A stretch of 63,417 bases of DNA, counting the filler, from Octopus bimaculoides (taxonomy: Eukaryota), in the NCBI RefSeq assembly GCF_001194135.2. It is 8 parts of 7 records of this genome, joined end to end, with 100 filler letters (N's around TTAATTAATTAA, not from the genome) between each part and the next. Parts side by side here need not be neighbours in the genome. Positions count along the whole stretch, not along the records: positions 1 to 15,670 come from NC_069000.1; positions 15,771 to 26,970 come from NC_068983.1; 6 more parts are not named here. The stretch is one strand, 5' to 3'. The translations under genes and the position numbers were made by a program. Below the pieces are notes generated by a model. The model did no database searches. It worked only from the letters and a program-made list of their open reading frames with translations, and was not told the DNA's origin. Below, piece by piece: positions 13,220-25,579 of the stretch; position 1 is the first letter of the stretch, and every line of letters starts with the position of its first letter.

Positions 13220-13440
13220 ATATATATATATATATGTTTGTTTGTCTGTGTTTGTCCCTCCCACCATCGCTTGAAAACCGATGTCGCTGTGCTTACATCC
13301 CCGTAACTTAGAGGTTCGTCAAAAGATACCGATAGAATAAGTACTAGGCTTACAAAGAATAAGTCCTGTGGTCTATCTGTTCGATTAAAGGAGGTGCTCT
13401 AGCATGGCCGCAGTCAAATAACTGAAACAAATGAAAGAAT
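13220..13440 (+). mobile_element. 3' half of a SINE (family C; other copies show a tRNA head and CORE-like TTGGGCAAG block)
   Basis: CCCCGTAACTTAG...AATAAGTACTAGGCTTACAAAG...GCATGGCCGCAGTCAAAT matches the minus-strand copy at 39989-40365. Confidence 0.8.
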
Positions 13441-13643
13441 ATATAAAAAAGAGAATACAGTAGGCTCTGTTAATTATGATTTTATTCAACATTTTCTCCT
13501 CTTAGATCCACATTCGTATTGAGGCGGTCATTAAATTTTTCTAAGTCTCGTAAAAAGATCTCGGATGCTTCGGCTTCCAATCAGCCCTTTCATGACACAC
13601 TTAAGGCCAGACATTTTTCAGAACCCCTTCGTATATATATATA

Positions 13644-13675
<32 letters not shown>

Positions 13676-13703
13676 CACACACATATATATGTATATATAT
13701 ATA

Positions 13704-13853
13704 TTTTTTCTCCTTGTCTCCGTATTCTTACTGTTGAAGAGCGTAGCTCGAAACGTCAAATACTTTCCGTATTCCCGAGCGTCATACTAATACATCCTTT
13801 TGTTGTTTACACCACCTGTCCTCGTCTGTTGTTGTTTTTTCGTACATTCTCCC
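13704..13853 (+). mobile_element. Short (TA)n-flanked element carrying a hammerhead-like motif (Penelope-like LTR relic)
   Basis: Nearly identical to the minus-strand copy at 27081-27250; contains CTGTTGA-AGAGCGTAGCTC-GAAACGTC at 13731-13757. Confidence 0.7.
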
Positions 13854-14667
13854 ATATATATATATATATATATAGGGTAAAAAGGTAAAGAGTCCCTTCG
13901 GTTATGAATGACCTTGAGATTGTACCTAGAATGCTCCCTCCGAGGCACAAGTCCAGGCAAGGTTGTTAATCGAAGACCACCAGTCATTCATGCATGCCAG
14001 CCTACCTTCTCTACGCCAAGGGAAAGAAGGCTGTTACAGCTTGGCACCAGCGAAGTCGAAACTCATTTTTCTACAGCTAAATTAACTGCAGCAACGTAAA
14101 ATATAGTGTTTTCCTCAAGAATATAACATATTAATATAAATAAAAAAATATATATGTCACAGTTTCCGTTAATGGTAATTTAATGTTTATTCATACTGGA
14201 TAATCATCAGGCAGTCTTGTTACCATTATTAAATTATGTTTCTTTTTTAAATGCATCACTGCTGCCCGTACATTATTCTGACCATCCATTCTGAACCACT
14301 GTCAGAAACATTAAATTACAGTAAATTCTATAACGTTTTGTTTAAAAAGATGAGATTACAATCTATTTGCCTTGCTTAAACTGTTTGTATGTAAATTTTC
14401 TATTTTCGTGTTCGGTTTACGTTGATCAGTAATTCATTAATGCAGCCATTGCGTTCCTTTTCAGACATAATTATTTCAAATGTAAACGCAATTATCAACG
14501 AAAGACCTGCAGGCATCTTCAGGAGCTCCAATTTGAATTCCTCCTGTCGCTAATCAATTTTCAGTTAGTTAACGACAATATTCCCTCTACAAAACTACAC
14601 TCACTTATTCTACTAATCCACCCTTTGTGTAAATCTCTTTCTCAGCTTCATCGACAAGTTTTCTCAC

Positions 14668-15223
14668 CTGGGATTTGTGTGAAAATATAATTGTGTCGCT
14701 ATGACCGTTCATTGGGCTGTTGTTGTTCTTTGATTTACTGATTGGGATGAATTTCCGTTTATTTCTGCTATTAATATCAATGATGATTTTGTTGATATTT
14801 CTGTTCTTCTCCTTGCTTCTGGTGGAGCCGCTCGTCATCGTTTAATTGCATATTGCAGTTGTAGAGTTTTGTTTTACATTACAACTAGCCTTCAGTTGAT
14901 TCTTGCTTTCTGTAATTTTGTTTATTTCAACTATTGTGGTAACTATCTTTCAATTCATAATTATCGCTTTTGTCATTATTTAATATTTTAATAAAATATT
15001 TTTTAATATTGATTAGATGGTCGCTATTGCAATAACAGCTGTTGTTGCTGTGGTTATTATCGATTGAATGATAGTTATAATACCAGTTATTATTTTAATT
15101 GTTAGAGGTTTTGATTTTCTATTACATTTTAGTTGTCGGCACCAAATTGCAATTTTTCCTTCATAATTCCTCTGCATATTTCATCACGAATTGTTTTAAA
15201 ATTCCAAAACCGCTTGATAAGGC
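14668..15223 (-). other. Exon-like segment with strong splice signals, coding status unclear
   Basis: Acceptor TTTTCTTTTTCAAG at 15224 and donor CAG/GTGAGA at 14667; contains short frames LIKRFWNFKTIRDEICRGIMKEKLQFGADN* and MTSGSTRSKEK...SHKSQ (ATG at 14838). Confidence 0.35.
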
Positions 15224-15565
15224 TTGAAAAAGAAAACACTCTCCATTTATGTAATAACTAAGATCGTACACATATTGAAACAAGACGTTACACACCTCGT
15301 CTTATGGTGGTGCACTGGATGTTCCTTTAAATTTTTGAGTTCAAATTCCACCGATGTAACCAAGGTTGATAAATTGAAGTACCTATTAATAAAGAGCATC
15401 GATATAATTGACTAACGAGACCAGGGGAATTATTTGACCGCAAAATATATTACAAACTATAATTATTTTCATTATTATATTTCGGAATGGCCATTTTGTT
15501 TGACAAATAACTAAATAACCAGAAGCACTAAATACTAATTCTTCACTTCAGCTTTATTATTATTA

Positions 15566-15621
<56 letters not shown>

Positions 15622-15775
15622 TTAGAGTCTTTTTTCTGAAACTTTTCGTTACATATCCCGTTCAATATTTNNNNNNNNNNNNNNNNNNNNNNNNNNNNNN
15701 NNNNNNNNNNNNNNTTAATTAATTAANNNNNNNNNNNNNNNNNNNNNNNNNNNNNNNNNNNNNNNNNNNNACAAA

Positions 15776-15990
15776 ATTATTATTATTGTTCAGTAGTTTT
15801 ATTTTTATAACGTGCTTTCACTTCACTACCGAGCGCAGCTCTGTGCACCTTGGGTATGTGCTGTGGTTTGCTGTGGTGCTCTTATGTTTACTGTATTGAA
15901 AGTGTTTTGTGTAGAATGTGTGCAGTACCCAGTAGTGCAATTTTCTGTATGTTATATATATTTGTAAGTCCTGGTGTTTTTGTTATGTAT
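15776..15990 (-). mobile_element. 3' end of an R4/Dong-like (RLE) non-LTR retrotransposon
   Basis: Encodes KTPGLTNIYNIQKIALLGTAHILHKTLSIQ*, then a 3' UTR and (TAA)n tail; a sister fragment lies at 54130-54330. Confidence 0.75.
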
Positions 15991-16022
15991 TTGTCTGAAT
16001 ATTTTTTTTATTATATTGTTAA

Positions 16023-16074
<52 letters not shown>

Positions 16075-16089
16075 GTTATTATTATTATT

Positions 16090-16362
16090 CAACATGAGAT
16101 CGCATGGCCTAGTGATCACAAATTCGTTGTTTTAATTCCTAGACTGGGTGGTGCATTGTATTCTTGAGCAAAACACTTCATCTCACATTGCTCTGCAATC
16201 ATTTCAACACCTGACGTTGCACCTGTTCAGGTAACTCGATTTGTTGGAGGGAGTGAGCTAATGTACAACACATACGTTTGATCATTATAAACAAATCATC
16301 TGTGGAGGTCGTTCGTCAAAAGTTGAATACTCAAACACCATCTTTGATGGGAGAGTCCATAA
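16090..16362 (+). mobile_element. Degenerate SINE sharing head and central block with the 49890 SINE but with a different 3' module
   Basis: TTGTATTCTTGAGCAAAACACTTCATCTCACATTGCTC matches the block at 49970-50010. Confidence 0.6.
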
Positions 16363-16364
16363 TT

Positions 16365-17020
16365 CAACATTTGGTAGTTTCAGGTAAATTTCTTCTGCAT
16401 CACCTGCTATACTTCCATGTTGCTGGGGTATGTGCAGCATTGTGTGTTCCTTTTTCTTGTTGGAGGATGCAAACTCTTCCTGGTATTGTATTGCATCAGT
16501 TTGTTTTGTTATGGGGTTTGGTTGCAGTCTTTTGTTGTATTAGTGTTTGTATTGTGTGTTGTGTGCGTAATATGAATTGTGTTCTTCTGTTGGGTATCTA
16601 GCCTGTTGGTGGTTGTTTATTTTATTGGTATTTGCCATATAGAGTGTGTCGTGTGTTTGTGGATTGTTTTGTTGTATTATTGAATTGATAGTGTCTTGCA
16701 TAGGATGTGGGCTAGTCCCCACTTTTCACACAGTTGCCAATGTAGCGCTTTTGTTACCTGGTCATGTTGCCACAACTTGTAGTGGTTTTGGGCAAGTCTA
16801 GGGCATTCATTCATGATATGGGCAATGGTTTCATTCACTCTATTGCAGATGTGGCACAGCAGAGACACTTGCTCATTTTTAAGGTAGACCCTCCAGTTCG
16901 TGGCCAAAGCTTTGTTCTGTGTTGCCAGTATAGTGCTCTTGGTCTCTTTTTTTAGGGTTCCTTTCATCAGCCGAACCCACATATTTTCTCCAGCAACTTC
17001 TGTTGTGGCTACATAGAATT
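16365..17020 (-). mobile_element. 5'-truncated, internally deleted R4/Dong-like LINE
   Basis: Encodes GTLKKETKSTILATQNKAL...CHICNRVNETIAHIMNECPRLAQNHYKLWQHDQVTKALHWQLC (CCHC knuckle region) joined to AHILCKTLSIQ*. Confidence 0.8.
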
Positions 17021-17285
17021 GATTATTATCATTATTATTATAATTGAGTAAAAGAGCAACACATGGCATCAAAGTGACACTGGGGTTCAAATATACAAAG
17101 CCAAATATACCCATCATGACTACTTATCTGATAAGGGTGCACCAAGCACATGCAACACAACTGCATGTGCCTGACATGATGATCTCATATCAAGATAAAC
17201 AACACATGACCTTGCAAATGGAGGCCAGTTAGAATTTTCTTCAGGTTGAGTTGCTCATCCTGCTCAAAAGGTCCCTGAATATTGT

Positions 17286-17492
17286 TGGTGATCTGGCAAA
17301 ATCAGCATGTTGGGCAAAATGCTTAACAGTATTTCATCTGTCCTTATGTTCTGAGTTCAAATTCTGATGAGGTCAACTTTGCCTTTCATCCTTTCAGGGT
17401 CGATAAATTAAGTACAAGTCAAATACTGGGGTTGATGGGATCGACTGTCCCCATCCTTTCAAATTCCAAGCCTTGTGCCTATAGCAGAAAAG
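17286..17492 (+). mobile_element. Family-B SINE, CpG-decayed, with (ATT)n tail
   Basis: GAGGTCAACTTTGCCTTTCATCCTTTCAGGGTCGATAAATTAAGTAC; tail 17493-17530. Confidence 0.85.
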
Positions 17493-17530
<38 letters not shown>

Positions 17531-17830
17531 GGTTTGGCTCAGATTTGGTCTTGTTCCTCATAGAAATTATGTGGGTAGCGGATTGCTACCTGTAACTTTT
17601 AGTCACCACTAGTTTTCAGCAGTCTTTCAAGTGCTTAGAACTCTCTTCATAATCCTTGTTGTCCCTAAGAGACAAACTTTCTGTAGGATTATACCAGGCA
17701 TTCTTTTTCAATCTCCTTCAACCATTTGTCTATATCCTCGCTTTCTGTTTCCAATGTACCAATTATTATAGGCACGACCATTACTGTTCACATGCCTCAA
17801 ATTCTTCCTATTTCAAATTTTAAGGGGTTG
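17531..17830 (-). mobile_element. 3' end of a different RLE-LINE subfamily
   Basis: Degenerate LKFEIGRI..VMVVPIIIGTL...LQKVCLLGTTRIMKRVLST*; its tail is the same (ATT/TAA)n array as the adjacent SINE. Confidence 0.7.
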
Positions 17831-17905
17831 TATTTTTTTTTTTAGCAGTAAAAGTAATGTTATGACATTATGTTTGCTGCTTTATCCTTATTTCTAAATT
17901 GTCAG

Positions 17906-17999
17906 AATATATATCTCAATTCATAGAATTACCTAAGTATGACAAAAGAAGTTGATATTCCTGGAAAAATATAGAAATCTTTTTGTATGATTTGTCAAG
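17906..17999 (+). other. Candidate exon with in-frame TGA (YISQFIELPKYDKRS*YSWKNIEIFLYDLS)
   Basis: Pyrimidine-rich acceptor ending GTCAG, donor AAG/GTAAAT; all three frames contain a stop, the best has only TGA at 17953-17955. Confidence 0.3.
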
Positions 18000-18305
18000 G
18001 TAAATGCTATAGAGTACAGCAATTTGTAAACAATTTTACAAATGTCACGCTTTTGTAGATAAGTGTTGAGTGAATAGTGATCTGATTGCATTATTTCTAA
18101 AGCCTTATATGTGTGTGTGTGTGTGTGTGAACATTATAAAACACAAATATTATGGATATATTTCTAAAGAATTATATGCATATAAACATTATGTGTCAAT
18201 GTGTATGCATGTGTAATACTTTTCACATGTTTACTTTTGAAGTGTTATATAACATAAGGTATAAAAACATGAAAATGTATGTACATTATAAACATATCAA
18301 CATAT

Positions 18306-18345
<40 letters not shown>

Positions 18346-18519
18346 ACATCATCATCATTATTTTATGTGTGCTTTCCATGCTAGCATGAGTTGGATTGGT
18401 CATTATGATCAGAATTAGCATGTTTTAGAGGGGTACTACTTATCTGCATGAATTAGGGGTCCTCGTTTCACATTTTTGTCTTTTCCTCCTTTTTGTACTT
18501 TTTCATTTTTGGCATTTAA

Positions 18520-19960
18520 TAATATTGAAATTATTGTGTATAGTGCTCAGGTGTACTACAACTCATCAAAGGTGCATGTATAGTGCATAGAATTATGTAC
18601 AAATGTCAGAAAAGTGAACAGTGTATGAGTCATGATATACATGTGTGCATGCGTATGGTGGGAAGGGGAGAGATATCAGGTGCAGTGTTGGTGAATTTCA
18701 GGAAGCATGGAGGTTTTAAAGGATGCAATGTCTCAGCAGCTAACAACAGCTGCAGGTAGTTTGTGCCATGCTTCAACAACTCTGAGTGTGAAAAAATGTT
18801 TCTGAAAGTCATGGGAGCTGTGCTGTTTTCTGACTTTGTAGGCAAGCCCATGTGTGTTAGACACATGGAGTTCAAAAAGGTGCTCAAAGTGGTTGTTGGC
18901 ATGATGATTAATAATTTTATGGGTGTTTACCAAGTCAGTTGCCAGATGTCGGAGCTTCAGTGTATCTATGCCCAGGGAAGCAAGGTGTTCAGAGTATGGT
19001 AGATGCCTGGTGGAAGGTATTTGCTTGGTTGCATGTCTCTGAACAATTTCCTGACTGGTGATGCAAATTCCAAGTGTGGCTGCACCATAGCTATATACAG
19101 CCTTAAATAAATAGCTGGAGAGTGGTTGACACAGGTATTGCTGAGTGATGCCAAGACATCCTCAGCCTTCTGGACAATTTTAGAGATGTTCTTTGTCCAG
19201 TGCAAATCATTGCTGACAGTAATGCCCAGGTCACGTTCACAAGAAGACTTCTTGATATTAGTGTTGTGGAGAGAGTATGTGGATGATGGGTTTTTCCTCC
19301 CAAAATACTTGGTGGTACACTTGTCAACAGCCAACTTGAGTTGCCAGTATGTGATCCATTGTTGCATTGTGTCCAGGTTCAATTGCAGGAAAGATCTATA
19401 GTGTTCAGGATCTGTCCTTTTTATCTCAAGGTACAGCTTGATGTCATCTGCATATTTCAGCACTGGCATTCTTTAAGTTGTCATCTATGTCATTAATGTA
19501 TGCAACAAACAAAAGGGAACCAAAAACAGATCCCTGTGGTACACCAGATGACATCTCATAAGGTGAAGAATGCTGTCCTAGAATTGTGACTACCTCTTTT
19601 CGGCTGAGAATGAAGGACTCCTTTCACACCCATTGCAGAAAGTTTTGACATAAGTCTTTTGTGTAGTACAGAATTAAATGCTTTAGCAAAGTCAAGGTAA
19701 ACAGCATCCACCCATGATCTGCCATCAGTGACCCGGGTGATGTCTTCAAGAATCTCGATAAGTTGATCACAGCAGCTTGAGTTAGGGATAAATCCAAACC
19801 GTGAGGGCTGGATAAGGCTGTGGGAATTCCAGAAGTTCCAGAGTGCTTCTTTGACACAGGGTTCCATCAGTTTGGCAATGCAGCTAGCAAGACTGACTGG
19901 ATGATTGTTGACAGGTGACATGTGGTCACCCTTTTTGCTCTGGAGTAGCACCGTTGTTAA
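18520..19960 (-). mobile_element. 5'-truncated CR1-clade LINE (RT domain, thumb and 3' end), frameshifted
   Basis: Motifs YLDFAKAFNSVLHKRL, SSGVPQGS, KYADDIKLY, ERDLGITVS and KHFFTLRVVEAWHKLP. Confidence 0.92.
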
Positions 19961-21323
19961 GACAACTGAAAGAAGAGTGAAAACTGGTGCAGGAGAAAGT
20001 ACCCACCACATTTGAAAAGCACGTATATAACACCATTTGTTCAAAAACTGCTTTTAGCTTTATGTGTTAAACTTTTGAGAAGATTATGATTTCTGAGAAA
20101 AAAAAAGTCAGAATTCAAATTTTTAAAAATTTTGTCTCTTCCTCTGCTTTCCATGACATTTTTGTTTTTGACTATCTTTTCAGAAATTTGTTCAGAATTA
20201 CATTTTTTAAACATTAGGGATTATGATTAGGTAAAAAGATTTTCATAAATTTAATTATTTGACAGTTTAATTTCCCAAATTTTTTATATATTGGAAAAAA
20301 TATTTTTCACAGAATTGTAATCTCTGATGTTTAAAACATACAAATCTGAAAAAATGTTGATTGCTTGTGTACAAAAAATTCTAATCTCTAGAATTGCCAT
20401 GGATAAAAAGCCATAATGTACATAGATTAGCAGAGACTCCTGAGCAACTACCCAGTGTGCCTATATTTAAACTCTTCAGCTTTTAAATTGGCTATATCTG
20501 GCCAAAATATTCTATCTGTTTTATGTTCAAACAAGCCAGAACTGACCTCTCACAGCTACTTATGTCATTTTAAAAATAAATAAGAATGTAATTAAAATCA
20601 TGAAGCTACAGGATAATGCATGATTAATTCAAAACAAAGTGAATATTAGCATTTCACTTGACAGTTACTTGAACACTAGAGGGTTAAAACAAGACTACAT
20701 ATAGATATACATGCATATACATTACAAATGAATGATTGCCAACAAAGATTTAAGGTCAATGATATTTGCGTATTAAGATAAAATATATGATTTTTCTAGT
20801 TAAAAGGAAATAAATTACTTTTCCTTGGACTGACTATAGACGGTAATAAAAAACAAGATAAAGCACACATTGAATGTAGGCTATTTATCATATAAGCACT
20901 TTATATAAGAAAATCACAGCTATTAAACTATTATGCACCAGTAAGCAAATTTTGTTAAGATTTAGACTTGCAGTTGAATGAACAACCTACATCACCCAAA
21001 CCATGATCACCATCGTTAATAAAAATCGTCATCACTTAAAGTGGAGGGAAGTTGTAGAAGAGGGAGACCCAGGAAGACATGGGATAAAGTACTGCAGTCT
21101 GAACTCAAAATGCTGGGAAATGACAGAGGACTGAGCTATGTGGTGCATTGTTATACTTGAGAAGGCCTACCTACCACAACAGAATTGAGATCCTAAAACC
21201 GAGGTACTATGTAAAAAGTGTTGGTGTGCATGCTGATGCCACATAAAAAGCACTGGTATTGATGCCACATAGAAAGCACTGATGATGGCGCCATGTAAAA
21301 AAAGCACCCAGTACATTCTGTTA

Positions 21324-21636
21324 GTGGAGGCACATTGCCTAGTGGTTAGAGTAGCGGAATTGCAGTTGAAAGATCGTGGGTTTGAATTGCAGACTAGGTG
21401 ATGTGTGTATTTATGAGCAAAAACACCTAAGCTCCGCATGGTTCTGGCAGACGGTAATGGCGAACTTCTGATGACTCTTTCACCACAACTTTCTCTCACT
21501 CTTTCCTCCTGCATCTAGCAGCTCACCTGTTATGGATTGGCATCCTGTCCAGGCAGGGAACCTATATGCCAATGAAACCAGGAAACCAGCCTTTATGAGC
21601 CAGGCATGGCTTGAGAAGGAACAAACACCAACAACA
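21324..21636 (+). mobile_element. Chimeric SINE (family-A head and body, 49890-type 3' module) nested in a (GAT)n-tailed element
   Basis: Matches family A to CACAACTTTCTCTCACTCTTT, then ATGGATTGGCATCCTGTCCAGG...GAAACCAGGAAACC as at 50043-50100. Confidence 0.7.
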
Positions 21637-21886
21637 CACTCTGTAAAGTGGTTGGCATTAGGAAGGACATCTAGCTGCAGAAACCAAGCCAAAACAGACT
21701 ATGGAACCTGGTGTGGCCCCTGGCCTTGCCAGTTCCTGTCAAGCTGTTCAGCCCATGACAGCATAGAAAACAGAGGTCAAACATTGATGATGATGATGAT
21801 TGTCATCCTCTTAACATTTATATAAAGTTGATTGGGTTGCATGAGTTTATTGATTAGCATCCTTCCATTCATTTGGATCATATATT

Positions 21887-22100
21887 CTTTTCTACTCTAG
21901 GCACAAGGACCATAATTTTTGGGGAAGGGACCAGTTGATTAAATCGATCCGAGTACACAACTGGTACTTAATTTATTGACCCCGAAAGGATGAAAGGCAA
22001 AGTTGACCTTAATGGAATTTGAACTCAGAACATAAAGACAGATGAAATACTGCTAAGCGTTTCACCCAGTGTGCTAACGTTTCTGCCAGCTCGCTGCCTT
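21887..22100 (-). mobile_element. Family-B SINE
   Basis: Perfect 16-bp TSD ATTTGGATCATATATT at 21871-21886 and 22101-22116. Confidence 0.92.
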
Positions 22101-22705
22101 ATTTGGATCATATATTGTCTCAGTTTGAGACGCCTAACATGTATCATGTAGCCACCTAGAAACGGCGTTTCTTGGGGCTAAATAACAATAAGATTCTGTC
22201 CTTTCCTGGGACTACCACATTAAGTTGGCAACAAGCCATCACTTTATCATGCTGTTACTGCATAACTCTCTCTGAGAGACTTAGAAATCTAATATTTCTA
22301 TTATTGTAGATCAGTGAATGTATTTCACTTGAAATTCTATAAATTTTCAACAGCACATTAGCAGTGACATCTAGCAAGGCCAAGCTACTCCAGTTTGATT
22401 AAGAGCAATAAGCTTGAAACTAGTCTCTGGATGCTGGCTTTGCTGGGTGGAGGTGCTTACCTCCCCTGTTTGAAAACTTAAGGACACAGAATGCTTGTGT
22501 CATGTAGCCAGCTAGAAATGGTGTTTCTTGGAGCTAAATAACAGTAACACTCTTCCCTTTCCTGGGACTGCCACATTAAGTTGGCAACAAGCCATCACTT
22601 TAATTTTAATATATTTTTGTCAAAATTTGGTTTTCAAGATACTTTTATTATTGAAAATTTCAAGTACATGCTTCGATCAAAGCTAATTTTTATTCACTGC
22701 AAATA

Positions 22706-24910
22706 TAAAAGTGTGTTTGGAAAGTAATTGTGATTTTCACCACTGGGAAATATGAATTAACCAATCATATCAGAGTCAAGGTTGAATGGGTGGCAACTAT
22801 CTAAAAATAATATATCGTCTCTTCTATTCAGCAGTGTGTCATTCATTGTTATTTCTGTAATTAACCCTACAGAAGATAAGAACTTTATGAAACAATATAT
22901 TCACCATTGCTTACTGTATGAGTTTCAAAAGAAAAGTATCATTACAGAAGCAATGAAAAACATTTGTGAAGTGTATCTAAATGCAGTGAAAGCTTGTACA
23001 TGTCCTCTGTGCTTTAAAAGGTTTAAAATGGCGATAGGAAATGACAATGGACCGAGAGGTTTGGTGATATGTGGTTCTTGAGAAGGGCTGTCCACGTCAG
23101 CAAAACTGAGTTCTAGAAGTGCTGTGTGTTCCACCCACATGTAACAATAAAAATTTTCACACACATTACCCCAACAAACCAAACTACATCTCTTCTCTTC
23201 CTCACATATCCTCTTTCATACACTATGCTTATCTCTCACTCCCTAATCCTGTCCTCATGGCCCTGATCACTGTATCATTGCTATCCATTAGTCTCCCACC
23301 CCTTCTATATACCCAGGTTTTCACCAGTCACTGCATTCCCCACCCCCAATCTCTACTCACTCTTCTTTGGCAATGCCCAGTCACTTATATTATGACTTCC
23401 GTATCTTGAGGATATGTCCTGGTACCTGCCACCATCTTTCTCTGACTTCTTTCACTCTACTATCCCATTTATATTCTAATCCCCATCCCTTGTGAATATG
23501 CCCTAGCACTTCATCACCATCTCTCTCTGCTCTCTCTTGCACTCTTGCTGTCTACTACTCTCTCCTTCTCTTGCTCTTCCATTAGGCTGGGTAACCATCT
23601 ATTTCCTTTACAGTAGCATGTCTGTTTCTGTCCTCATTCTTGACCACTCTCTCTCTCTTTCTGGCTGGGAAACCATCTACCTCCTCTACAACAAGACACC
23701 TGTTTCCACCTCTCTGTCACACTCTAACCTCTCGTCATCTGTCACAAGATCACTTCCTCCAATGCCCACTCCCCTCTCAAATGATCTTGCAGGTTACTTG
23801 GTGACCCTGCCAGTGCTGGTGCCACGAAAAGCATGTACAGCCCACGCTATAAAGAGGTTGGCATTTGGTAGGGCATCCATCTGTAAAAACCATGCCAAAA
23901 CTGGCCTTACATGTGCTCATACCACATAAAAAGCATTCAGTCCACTCTGATGGGTGGTTGGTGTTAGGAAGGGCATCCAACTATAAAAACTGTGCCAAAA
24001 CATACACAGAAGTCTGGTGCAGTCTTCTGTCTGGCCAGCTTCTGTCAGCATGGAAGGCGGACGTTAAACAATGGTGGTGATGATGATGATAATGATGATA
24101 TTCAAAGCACCAGAGATTTGGTGCAAAAATTTAATGTGTCATGTTCAGCTATCTATGAACATCTCAGGCAAATTGGGAAAACATGCAAAAAAGAAATTTT
24201 GGTTCCACATGAGCTTATGCTTGAGAACAGAACACAACGTTCCACCATCTGCAGCAGCCTTCTAACCAGGAATAACAACCTGTCATTTCTGGAGCACATT
24301 GTTACAGGTGATGAAAAATGGGGTTTGTATCACAACAGAAAAGAAAAAAGACAATAGTTTTCATGTAATGAAAGGCCAGTGCCAACACTAAAATCAGAAC
24401 TCCCTCCACAAAAATCCTTGTTCTGTGTTTGGTGGAATGAGCTACTGGAACATAGAAGGACCATCAATGCAGATGTCTATTGCCAATAACTTGATCATGT
24501 TAATGAAAAATTGTGATGAAAGTGGCCAGCTTTGGTAAATAGAAAAGGTGTTATTCTCCAGCATGACAATGCATGGTCACACTCTTCAAAACAAGTCCAA
24601 GAAAAAATAAGATTGTTAGGATGGGAAGTTCTTCCACATCTTCCATACTCGGCACCTATGGATTTCAATCTGTTCTGATCACTAGAACATTTTATAAGAG
24701 GCAAAACATTCAGAAATAGAGAGGAAGTTAAGAACAGTATTTCAGGAAAAGAAATAGGTTTCTTTGAACATGGCATAGAAAAGTTACTTTCCCATTGGAC
24801 TACAACAAACGTGATTACATTCTTGATTAAAACTATTCAGGTAAACGTAATTTACATTCGTTTTTATATCCTTTCTGGTGAAATGCAATTACTTTCTGAA
24901 CACCCTAATG
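22706..24910 (+). mobile_element. Near full-length mariner relic split by a ~1-kb insertion
   Basis: N-terminal KQYIHHCLLYEFQK...CFKRFK (22880-23030), then QSTRDL...WVPHEL-like ILVPHEL, TGDEKW, LQHDNA, PHLPYS; degenerate TIRs GTGTTTGGAAAGTAATTG and CAATTACTTTCTGAACACCCTAA. Confidence 0.88.
23110..24100 (+). mobile_element. (GAT)n-tailed retroposon fragment (RTE-like 3' end, inferred) inserted in the mariner
   Basis: GTGGTTGGTGTTAGGAAGGGCATCC...GGCGGACGTTAAAC(GAT)n; related blocks at 21636-21800, 41690-41750, 42255-42410, 43970-44140 and 44810-44980. Confidence 0.6.
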
Positions 24911-25224
24911 TAAAGGTTACTCAAATATTTACATTGCTTTCTACAAATTATAAGTTTAATTCATCTGTAACCAAAGTCATATTTGTTGGTTGTCATTGAA
25001 GAAATAGAAACCTGAATAAGAAGAGTAGTTTTAATTTACTTATGTCAATTGGGTATAACTATAGAAGGTACTTCCCCACCCATTTTGTTTCCTCATAAAT
25101 TTTTGAAAAATGGATGTTTTTTTAATGAAATTTTCTACATATACATTTCAGATGGTGTAGATTACAATTAACTGTGGTCTCTGTTAACTATTGAATATAT
25201 AACTTGTCTCTTTTCTGCTTACAG

Positions 25225-25297
25225 TTGTGAGCATTTTACATACAACCAAGCATTGCAAGAAAGTTTAACCACAGCGATAATAGTTGCCTTCATCCAA
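25225..25297 (+). CDS. Candidate internal exon (CEHFTYNQALQESLTTAIIVAFIQ)
   Basis: Strong acceptor TTGTCTCTTTTCTGCTTACAG; only one open frame (phase 2 to 0); weaker donor CAA/GTATCA. Confidence 0.35.
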
Positions 25298-25363
25298 GTA
25301 TCATATACAAAAAAAAAAAAAAAAAGAAAAAATTAATTCTTGTATGGTTTACTGTGGCTTCAA

Positions 25364-25579
25364 CCCTTTTGTTACCATATTTCTGTTGAAATATGCTTTG
25401 TTTCAATTAATCTTGTAAATAATGAAAACTTTAGTAAAATAACTTTGTCATTATTAAGCTGGTGTTTGAAGCCTAAATCAAAGTCAAATTTTGATGGAAG
25501 GTTTTAATTTATATTGCTTTAAACAGGAAGTTTTTATCATAGAATCCAGGCTGGTTCAGGTGAGTTGGTATCAAAAGGG
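25364..25579. mobile_element. piggyBac-type MITE
   Basis: TIRs CCCTTTTGTTACCA and TGGTATCAAAAGGG with TCAA/TTAA flanks; more decayed MITEs of similar type at about 20465-20710 and 25835-26060. Confidence 0.75.

Noticed and set aside
12620-13274. Long ORFs made of X, also at 31061-31911, 52168-52742, 59891-60948 and 62375-62852
   Set aside because: They run through N gaps and dinucleotide repeats.
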